Below, piece after piece: positions 57,297 through 64,000 of a stretch of DNA of 64,000 bases. Position 1 is the first letter of the stretch; each line of letters starts with the position of its first letter. The stretch covers positions 126,051 through 190,050 of the forward strand of contig JBJDXJ010000038.1 in the NCBI GenBank assembly GCA_051866635.1. Direction: 5' to 3'. The notes below the pieces were generated by a model. The model made no database searches. It was not told where the DNA came from and was given only the letters and a program-made list of their open reading frames with translations. This stretch comes from Clostridia bacterium (GTDB taxonomy: Bacteria > Bacillota > Clostridia > UMGS1883). The translations under genes were made by a program, and so were the position numbers.

Positions 57297-57902
57297 GTGA
57301 TGGGAATGGCTGAAGTTTATAAATTTAAAGTAAAATTAAGAGAGCCGGAAGATAAAATCTGGCGTGATATTGAGCTTACCTCCACATCAAGTGTGGCGAA
57401 ATTAGGGTATGCCATTCTTGCCTCTTTCGAGGCAGAGGGAATTCATTTGTTTTGCATAAAATTCAAAGGAGACAGATATGAAATCGTTAACGATGATTTT
57501 TATGATAAATTGGGAATAAAAACGATGGATCCGATTTTTATAAAGTTATCCTCTTTAAAAATGGAAATTGGCGATACAATGGAACTGGAATATGATTACG
57601 GTGTAGGCTGGTTTTTTGATATTGAGCTTATTTGTGTAAAACCGATGGCAAAAGGAACGGGAAATTACTATCCTTACGTTACAGATGGTGCGGGTTTGGG
57701 AATTATAGAAGGTCTTTATGCCGATGAATGGGCAGAGTACATAAAAACGGTTGATGAAACGGGCGTGCCTCCGATTTACTATGATGTGTTCGATAAAGAA
57801 GTTACTTGGGACTATCGGAAATTTGATATAGATATAACCAATGCTTTGTTGAAAGGGACTGTTAAGCGAATGAAAAGAATCTACGAGGACCTTTTTGAGT
57901 AA
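57297..57902 (+). CDS. pRiA4b ORF-3-like (IS1096 passenger TnpR-like) family protein
   Basis: About 198-201 aa; the start is ambiguous (GTG 57297, ATG 57300 or ATG 57306). VYKFKVKL...KIWRDIEL and ELEYDYGVGWFFDIELI match the PRiA4_ORF3 pattern as I recall it. Confidence 0.65.
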   Translation: MMGMAEVYKFKVKLREPEDKIWRDIELTSTSSVAKLGYAILASFEAEGIHLFCIKFKGDRYEIVNDDFYDKLGIKTMDPIFIKLSSLKMEIGDTMELEYDYGVGWFFDIELICVKPMAKGTGNYYPYVTDGAGLGIIEGLYADEWAEYIKTVDETGVPPIYYDVFDKEVTWDYRKFDIDITNALLKGTVKRMKRIYEDLFE

Positions 57903-57932
57903 TAACTGAAATAGTAGAGGAGAGATGGAAAA

Positions 57933-58028
57933 ATGGCAACAGAATTAGAAATGTTAGAGCGAGCAAAGATATATATGGAAAAGCTGGCATACAAAAAGAC
58001 AACGAGACCGAATTTTGGTCTCGTTTAA
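57933..58028 (+). pseudogene. Internally deleted copy of the 59839-60405 gene (5' 57 nt joined to the 3' end and terminator)
   Basis: 57933-57990 is near-identical to 59839-59896 (MATELEMLERAK.YMEKLA). The sequence then jumps to aagacaacgagaccg, which is the region just after the stop of the full-length gene. Confidence 0.8.
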
Positions 58029-58111
58029 GTTTAGCGGAAGTTCATTCCGTTGATTTTTACAGGTTTTCCCAGGTCAGTGATGCGGCGGAGCGCTTCACCG
58101 AAATTACTCTT
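58001..58111 (-). repeat. Hairpin plus C-terminal gene-remnant repeat, copy 2
   Basis: The hairpin is aacgagaccg-aattt-tggtctcgtt. The minus-strand frame is KSNFGEALRRITDLGKPVKINGMNFR*, and a stop codon lies immediately upstream of the K. Confidence 0.8.
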
Positions 58112-58290
58112 TTAAAAAAATCTCTGAAAGCATTGGGGAGACTGGATTTGAGGCGTGTTAACAGTTTTGGGATTTTGGAAAGGTTTGAAATTTTATAATA
58201 AAAGCCTTGATATTCTTGTATTATTTGATTATAATAATAATTATTATTAGAGAGTTATTAGATAATTATTAGAAAGATGAGGGATAACAC

Positions 58291-59598
58291 ATGCTTGCAG
58301 AAGGTAAGGGTATTGAACTAAAAAGAGAATATGTAGATGATATTAAAAAGACGGTTATAGCTTTTGCTAATTGTGATGGAGGAAATATTTATATTGGAGT
58401 TAATAATGACGGAACTGTATGTGGAATAGAAGATACTGATGAAATTATGTTAAAGGTTACTAATGCAATTCGTGATGCTATTCGGCCTGATGTTACGATG
58501 TTTGTGGACTGCAGGGCAGAACAGTTAGACGAGAAGGCTGTTTTGTGCATTTCAGTTCAGCGAGGTACTGCGAGACCCTACTATCTTCAAGGAAAAGGGA
58601 TAAGACCCGAAGGTGTGTTTGTAAGACAGGGAGCATCTACAGTTCCGGCAACAGAATCTGCAATTTTAAATATGATAAAAGATACCAGTGGCGACAGCTA
58701 TGAAAAAGCAAGAAGCATTAACCAGGAATTGACTTTTGAAAAAACCACGGATTTCTTTAAAAAGAGAAACATAGAATTTGGCAATGCACAAATGAGAACA
58801 TTGCATTTTATTGGAGAAGATGGTATGTACACAAATCTTGCATTTCTTCTTTCTGATCAGTGTTCACATAATGTCAAGCTGGCGGTATTTGAAGGTAGTG
58901 TAAAAACCGTGTTCAAGGACAGAAAAGAGTTGTCGGGATCACTTCTTTCACAATTAGAAGAAGCGTATGAATATATTGAGCGTTACAATCGCACGAGGGC
59001 GGAATTTTCCGGACTTGATAGGATAGATAGCAGAGATTATCCTACGGAAGCTGTCAGAGAAGCCCTTCTTAATGCAATTGTGCATAGAGATTATGCATTC
59101 AGCGGACCTACATTGATAAGTATTTTTGACGACAGAATTGAGTTTGTGACAATTGGCGGCTTAGTAAAAGGGATAAGTCTTGATGATGTTTTTCTGGGAG
59201 TATCTGTTTTGAGAAATCAAAATCTTGCCAATGTTTTTTATAGGCTGAACTTAATTGAAGCATATGGTACAGGTGTTTTAAAAATTAACGGCAGTTATGC
59301 TGACTGCAATATGAAACCGGTGATAGAAGCAACAGATAATGCATTTAAAATAACTCTCCCGAACTTAAACTATAATACCGATTTAAAGCCAAGAAAAACA
59401 AAGGCTACAAATAAAAGAGAAACTATTATATTGGAATACTGCAAAGAAAATAACGGAATAACCCGTCATGAGATTCAGGAACTTTTAGATGTATCACAGG
59501 CAACGGCTATCCTTATCATTAAGGAAATGATAAAAAACAAGATGCTTATTAAGGTCGGTCAGGGTAGAAATGTGAGCTATATTACTAATGAAAGATAG
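58291..59598 (+). CDS. AlbA_2 (Schlafen-like) / HATPase_c_4 / winged-HTH putative DNA-binding protein
   Basis: 435 aa. The N-terminus EGKGIELKREYVDDIKKTVIAFANCDGGNIYIGVNNDGTVCGI is AlbA_2-like. EALLNAIVHRDY is typical of the HATPase_c_4 region. A C-terminal HTH is present (ITRHEIQELLDVSQATAILIIKEM). Confidence 0.7.
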   Translation: MLAEGKGIELKREYVDDIKKTVIAFANCDGGNIYIGVNNDGTVCGIEDTDEIMLKVTNAIRDAIRPDVTMFVDCRAEQLDEKAVLCISVQRGTARPYYLQGKGIRPEGVFVRQGASTVPATESAILNMIKDTSGDSYEKARSINQELTFEKTTDFFKKRNIEFGNAQMRTLHFIGEDGMYTNLAFLLSDQCSHNVKLAVFEGSVKTVFKDRKELSGSLLSQLEEAYEYIERYNRTRAEFSGLDRIDSRDYPTEAVREALLNAIVHRDYAFSGPTLISIFDDRIEFVTIGGLVKGISLDDVFLGVSVLRNQNLANVFYRLNLIEAYGTGVLKINGSYADCNMKPVIEATDNAFKITLPNLNYNTDLKPRKTKATNKRETIILEYCKENNGITRHEIQELLDVSQATAILIIKEMIKNKMLIKVGQGRNVSYITNER

Positions 59599-59838
59599 GT
59601 GATAAAATAAGCTCTATTTCATTGGTAAGCGGACAATCAGCAAAGTTAAAGGCTGTGGCAGCAATTATGACGTTTGTATAGATTTTACACTCTTCCCTGA
59701 CGAAGCAGAAGAATATATATGAGAAGTAGAAAAAAGCGAAGAAGGAAGATAATTTGTGTCAATTAATTAATTCTCGTCCTGAGTGTATGAAAAATATATT
59801 ATTGAGAAAATAATCTATACTGAAAGAAGTGAAGATAC

Positions 59839-60405
59839 GTGGCAACAGAATTAGAAATGTTAGAGCGAGCAAAGATGTATATGGAAAAGCTGGCAAACGG
59901 AATTAATCCCATTGATGATACGGAAGTTAAAGATGATGACTGTATTAACAATGTGAGGCTGTCCAGGTGCTTTTTCTATGTGGCAGATGTGCTTGGAAAG
60001 ATTATAGCAAACGGAGGAACAGTGCCGGTTAGGAAGAAAGCCGGTACTATGCCTTTTTCGATAACAGATGAACAACTTAAAAATTATGAGTTTTCAGATA
60101 ATCCTATTGTACTTAGTGAAATTGCAAAAAGATTAAATGCATTGAAAACTGACACAAATATGAAAAATATTACATATAACCATCTGGCGGATTGGCTTAT
60201 GAGCGTTAATATGTTAGAGTATGCAACAAAAAGTAACGGCACTACTACCAAATATCCAACCGAGGCGGGGAAGCGTATGGGAATGACAGTTGAGAAAAGG
60301 CAAAGTGTGCGAGGGGAATATTTGGTTGTGGTATATAATAAACAGGCACAGCAGTTTATTATTGATAATATGGATGCTGTTTTGGACAGCATAAGTAAGA
60401 AATAA
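59839..60405 (+). CDS. Hypothetical protein, conserved cassette-end gene
   Basis: 188 aa with a GTG start. No confident family call was possible. It ends at the copy-3 hairpin, and a deleted copy lies at 57933-58028. Confidence 0.5.
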   Translation: MATELEMLERAKMYMEKLANGINPIDDTEVKDDDCINNVRLSRCFFYVADVLGKIIANGGTVPVRKKAGTMPFSITDEQLKNYEFSDNPIVLSEIAKRLNALKTDTNMKNITYNHLADWLMSVNMLEYATKSNGTTTKYPTEAGKRMGMTVEKRQSVRGEYLVVVYNKQAQQFIIDNMDAVLDSISKK

Positions 60406-60408
60406 GAC

Positions 60409-60519
60409 AACGAGACCGAATTTCGGTCTCGTTTAAGTTTATCGGAAGTTCATTCCGTTTGTCTTGACGGGTTTGCCTAAATCGGTTACACGACGGAGCG
60501 CTTCACCGAAATTACTCTT
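60409..60519 (-). repeat. Hairpin plus C-terminal gene-remnant repeat, copy 3
   Basis: The hairpin is aacgagaccg-aattt-cggtctcgtt. The minus-strand frame is KSNFGEALRRVTDLGKPVKTNGMNFR*, preceded by a stop. Confidence 0.8.
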
Positions 60520-60844
60520 TTAAAAAAATTTCTGAAACGCCCGGATAGACTTGGGCTCATCGAGGTTTTATTTTTTTTGTAAAAATTGGAATAAAAGTGG
60601 AGAAATCGGATGATGTGCAGATAACTTTCCTCACATCCGGCTTACGTACAGGAAACTGTATGTGAGTCTTTTTATATATAATCGGAGTATATTTATTCTT
60701 TAATAAAAACCTTCAAAATATTAGAAATTAAAGATTTCGTATGTTTATATGGTCATTCGTCCTGAATTATTGATTTAAATAAAGGCACATGCTATAATAG
60801 CTTTGATGGTATAATATACCATATTAAAGGGAAGTGATCTAAAG

Positions 60845-61654
60845 ATGAGAAATCAGGAAGCGGAGTTCATTCGCTTAACACAGCAATGCTGGCAGCATTA
60901 CTGGCAGCTTGATATGGATTTTATGCTTAGCTATTGCGATGAAAAGGTTACATGGATAGGTGCCGAACAAAATGAATTTATAAGAGGCATAGAAAATGTG
61001 AAACAAAATTTTTCCGAGCTTCTTCTTCATCTTCGCACCTGCCATCTGCTTAATCAGGAATTCTACGCACAGCAATGCGTAAAAAATACCTGCACCGTTA
61101 TAGGGCGGTATTTGGTTGCGACTGACGAAACAAACGATTACTTCTTGCAGGCACAGCAAAGATGCACATTCGTATGGGAAGTTAAAAACAAAGAATATAA
61201 AATAATTCATATTCATGTGTCAAACCCCATGGGGGAGTTAAAGGTTGCAAAGGGGGAACGCTTTGTAAATACCGTAGGATATATGGCAAACAAATATCTT
61301 GAAGAGAACTTCAAGAAAAGATTTCTTGGAAAACGAATCACTACAACGGACGTAAACGGTGCGGTTCGGTTTATACATTTATCTGAAATAATGTATGTAA
61401 TAGCACACCGCAACGATTTGGTTATTGTAACTATCGGCGGAAACATAGAGGTAAAAATGAACATTTCTGAATTTATGGAGCTGGCGGACAGCAAATTTCT
61501 GAAGGTTCACCGTAGCTACGCAATAAATATAGACTTTATGGTGAAGCTGGAAAGGTACGCAGTTACAATGAAAAACGGCGAGCAAATACCCATTCCCGTA
61601 AAAAAATATAACGGCTTGCGTGACGAGATAATTAAAATGAATAACTGCAAATAA
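60845..61654 (+). CDS. LytTR-domain DNA-binding protein with an N-terminal NTF2/SnoaL-like domain
   Basis: 269 aa. The C-terminal IHLSEIMYVIAHRNDLVIVT...FLKVHRSYAINIDFM is LytTR-like. Two extended -10 elements (tgctataat, tggtataat) lie upstream. Confidence 0.7.
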   Translation: MRNQEAEFIRLTQQCWQHYWQLDMDFMLSYCDEKVTWIGAEQNEFIRGIENVKQNFSELLLHLRTCHLLNQEFYAQQCVKNTCTVIGRYLVATDETNDYFLQAQQRCTFVWEVKNKEYKIIHIHVSNPMGELKVAKGERFVNTVGYMANKYLEENFKKRFLGKRITTTDVNGAVRFIHLSEIMYVIAHRNDLVIVTIGGNIEVKMNISEFMELADSKFLKVHRSYAINIDFMVKLERYAVTMKNGEQIPIPVKKYNGLRDEIIKMNNCK

Positions 61655-61672
61655 AAGAAAGGAAAGATAACA

Positions 61673-64000
61673 TTGAAAACAAAAAAAATAATTGCACTGC
61701 TTATTGCCGCAATGACTGCAATATCGGCATCATATACTGCGGCCGCCACCGGCGGAGATTACGTCACGCGTGGCGAGGCAGCCGAGATGCTTCAAATTGC
61801 CGCGGATGATTATAATCCGCAGATTAAAAAATCCGACATCATTAAAGGTTACGAAGACGGAGAACTCCACGAGGATGAAACCGTCACCCGTGCTCAGGCA
61901 CTGGTAATGTTAAAGCGTGCCTTCGGCGATTTGCCCGAGCTTAAAGGCAACAATCTAAGGATTGCCATACCGAAGGAGAGCTTTTCCGATATTCCCGAAT
62001 GGGCGGAAACGGAGCTTACGCCCATATTTGACGCCGGCATTGCCGCAGGGACGGGAGATGGAAAATTTTCACCGGATGACCCTGTTACGACAGAACAGAT
62101 GAAAACTTTTATAAACCGCGTTTATACTCTGTACGGTTCAAACCTTAAGGACAGCTTTTATGCGACTGTAAACAAAACCGATCTCGAAAATCTCGAAATA
62201 CCTGCCGGCAACAGTATTGCCGGAACCATTTACAGTATTAGAGACCAAAGCAACATTCAGGTTTCGGAGCTTATCAAAGAAATCTCCGTTTCTAATCCCA
62301 AATCGGGCTCAGCACAGGAGAAAATTAAAATTCTCTACGACTGCTTTATGGATGTCAAGGCACGCAACGAAGCAGGATATACACCGATTGCAGAGGATTT
62401 AAAGACGATTGAAAAAATCCAAAGCGTGTCGGAATTAAGTGAAATTCTGATAATGGATGGCAGTGCCTCCGCACTGTCGATAATGACCGAATTTACCTTG
62501 GGAATTGACAATTTTGACAGCGGAAAATACATAACTATCCTTTCTCCTGCATCCGCAGATCAGACAAAGCAGGTATACGAGGGAAAAGCGGAAACCCAAA
62601 AAAATGCGTATCTTAAATATCTGGCAGCACTGCTTACTCTGTGCGGCGAGGACGAAAAAAGTGCAGAAAAGGACGCTAAGGCGTTTTTTGAGTTTGAAAA
62701 ACAGCTCTCGGACGCTTCGCTTACAATTGCGGAGCAGTACGATTTGGAAAAAACCTACAACATTTACACCCTTGACGAATTAAAAGACATCTTTTCCACT
62801 GTGGATTTGGAGACGGAATTTTTGCGGACCGGTCTTAAGGACAGCGGACGGGTTCTCGTATCCGATAAGGGAAAAATGACTCAGCTTGCTAAAATGCTGA
62901 CGGACGAAAATATCGATGAAATCAAAAATTATCTGAAAATGAAACTGATTATAACATGCTCGAAATATTTCGGCGAGGATTTCAGAAATGTCCGTATTAC
63001 CTACTATAAGGAAGCCTACGGCATAGTCGGAGAAAAAACCATGGAGGAGGATGCCGCCGGAATAATTGCAGAAATTCTGCCGGATTATGTAGGGCAGGCT
63101 TACGCCGAAAAATATTGCACCGAAGAGATAATTTACGATGTTAGAAAAATGGTTAACGACATCATAGAGGTGTATCGCAAAAGAATTTCCGCACTGGATT
63201 GGATGAGCGAAAAAACTAAAAGCAAGGCTATTTTAAAGCTCGATTCCATGCGTATTCACATAGGCGCTCCCGATTACGGCAAGATTGCCTCACCGCTGGA
63301 TACCGCCGTATTTAAAAGCAGTGAGGACGGCGGCAGCTATTTTTACAACGCAATGGAGATTAAAAAGGCAATCCAAAGGAACGACGCCCGCCTTTCGGGA
63401 GAGAGTGTGGATAAGGATCAGTGGATTACCACGCCGCAGACCGTAAACGCCTTCTATTTTCCAAGTTTTAATTCGATTACCTTCCCGATGGCATTTTTAC
63501 AGTATCCGGTTTACGATAAAAACGCCTCCTATGAAGAAAATCTCGGTGCCTTGGGTTCTGTAATCAGTCATGAAATTACACACGCGTTTGATTCCGAAGG
63601 CTCGCAGTACGATGAAAACGGAAACGCCGTAAATTGGTGGAGCGAGGAGGATAAAATAGCTTTCGCGAAGCTGTGCGAGAATGTGGTATCTTTCTTTGAC
63701 GGTCAGGAATCCGCACCGGGCATCGCCATTGACGGGACGCTGACACTCACCGAAAACATCGCCGATTTGGGCGCGCTCTCCTGCATTACGGAAATCGGCA
63801 GTCAGACGGAAAATTTCGATTTTAAGAAAATGTACGCTTCGTACGCAAGGCTTTGGCTTTCGACCGCCTCGAGAGAATATCTGCAAAGTATGGCGTATGA
63901 AGATGTGCACAGCTCCAACAAGGTACGCACCGACAGAGTGCTGCAAAGTTTGGATAAATTTTATGAGGTATACGAAATCGGTGAAAACGACGGAATGTAC
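61673..64000 (+). CDS. SLH-domain-anchored M13-family zinc metallopeptidase (PepO/neprilysin-like), 3' end outside the window
   Basis: I hand-traced an open frame from TTG 61673 (LKTKKIIALLIAAMTAISASYTAAA signal). Two SLH-like repeats are present (YVTRGEAAEMLQ and FSPDDPVTTEQMKTFINRVY). HEITHAFD lies at 63569-63592 in the same frame. The ORF is absent from the track because no stop occurs in the window. Confidence 0.75.
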   Translation, partial: MKTKKIIALLIAAMTAISASYTAAATGGDYVTRGEAAEMLQIAADDYNPQIKKSDIIKGYEDGELHEDETVTRAQALVMLKRAFGDLPELKGNNLRIAIPKESFSDIPEWAETELTPIFDAGIAAGTGDGKFSPDDPVTTEQMKTFINRVYTLYGSNLKDSFYATVNKTDLENLEIPAGNSIAGTIYSIRDQSNIQVSELIKEISVSNPKSGSAQEKIKILYDCFMDVKARNEAGYTPIAEDLKTIEKIQSVSELSEILIMDGSASALSIMTEFTLGIDNFDSGKYITILSPASADQTKQVYEGKAETQKNAYLKYLAALLTLCGEDEKSAEKDAKAFFEFEKQLSDASLTIAEQYDLEKTYNIYTLDELKDIFSTVDLETEFLRTGLKDSGRVLVSDKGKMTQLAKMLTDENIDEIKNYLKMKLIITCSKYFGEDFRNVRITYYKEAYGIVGEKTMEEDAAGIIAEILPDYVGQAYAEKYCTEEIIYDVRKMVNDIIEVYRKRISALDWMSEKTKSKAILKLDSMRIHIGAPDYGKIASPLDTAVFKSSEDGGSYFYNAMEIKKAIQRNDARLSGESVDKDQWITTPQTVNAFYFPSFNSITFPMAFLQYPVYDKNASYEENLGALGSVISHEITHAFDSEGSQYDENGNAVNWWSEEDKIAFAKLCENVVSFFDGQESAPGIAIDGTLTLTENIADLGALSCITEIGSQTENFDFKKMYASYARLWLSTASREYLQSMAYEDVHSSNKVRTDRVLQSLDKFYEVYEIGENDGMY

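Noticed and set aside
56978-60519. An integron-like gene cassette array, with the hairpin repeats acting as attC sites.
   Set aside because: No IntI-type integrase or attI/Pc region is adjacent. The repeats contain a coding remnant plus a terminator-like perfect hairpin, not the imperfect bulged attC architecture. One module contains two genes.
63497-63946. A 149-aa minus-strand ORF near the window end.
   Set aside because: It is antisense to the open M13 peptidase frame, which contains HEITHAFD at 63569-63592. It is a shadow ORF.
61700-64000. An apparently GC-richer composition in the M13 peptidase gene (and AT-richer in the R-M island) as evidence of horizontal transfer.
   Set aside because: Spot counts of single 60-nt lines ranged from about 38% to 65% GC within the same gene and overlapped with values in the his operon. 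This cannot be quantified reliably by eye, so I make no claim.
1-64000. CRISPR arrays, tRNA/rRNA genes, transposase or IS elements, prophage modules.
   Set aside because: I saw no regularly spaced short direct repeats, no tRNA-like cloverleaf starts in the intergenic gaps I examined, and no transposase-like or phage structural ORFs in the track. The only recombinase is the tyrosine recombinase at 48872-49924.

Overview
This window looks like a low-GC Firmicutes (Clostridia-like) chromosome, with dense coding and no rRNA, tRNA or CRISPR array that I could see. All homology calls come from reading motifs by eye in the supplied translations; no database search was run.

Core content:
- A secreted GH2-like glycosidase.
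- A complete histidine operon (5.1-13.4 kb). It is led by a TrpR/YerC-like gene and contains an in-frame hisZ-hisG fusion.
- A 1926-aa surface protein.
- rlmH, a YycJ-like MBL hydrolase and murA.
- A DUF421/DUF4363 pair and an NTP-transferase/phosphomutase fusion.
- Threonine aldolase and a ParC/GyrA-like A subunit with no adjacent B subunit.
- An M23 peptidase and cysK.
- A GMP-synthase ATP-PPase domain with no GATase domain.
- metQNI plus a polar amino-acid ABC transporter.
- nadA, mnmA, a Crp/Fnr regulator and a ferredoxin-like protein.

Accessory or unusual content:
1. A GATC-type (DpnII/MboI-like) restriction-modification island at 33.9-38.1 kb. It carries an extra uncharacterised PD-(D/E)xK ORF, an atypical second methyltransferase and a DUF2806-like gene.
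2. A Met/Cys-rich 46-codon leader ORF with a consensus promoter and an intrinsic terminator upstream of metQNI. No S-box or T-box is visible there.
3. A Hin-like candidate invertible segment at 48.66-50.01 kb. It holds a tyrosine recombinase and an outward-facing promoter between perfect 26-bp inverted repeats, next to a secreted vWA protein gene.
4. Two near-identical, highly structured repeats of about 165 nt at 38.3 and 53.2 kb.
5. A three-fold repeat at 57.0, 58.0 and 60.4 kb, made of a terminator hairpin plus a 26-codon gene remnant. It partitions small cargo genes into cassette-like modules.
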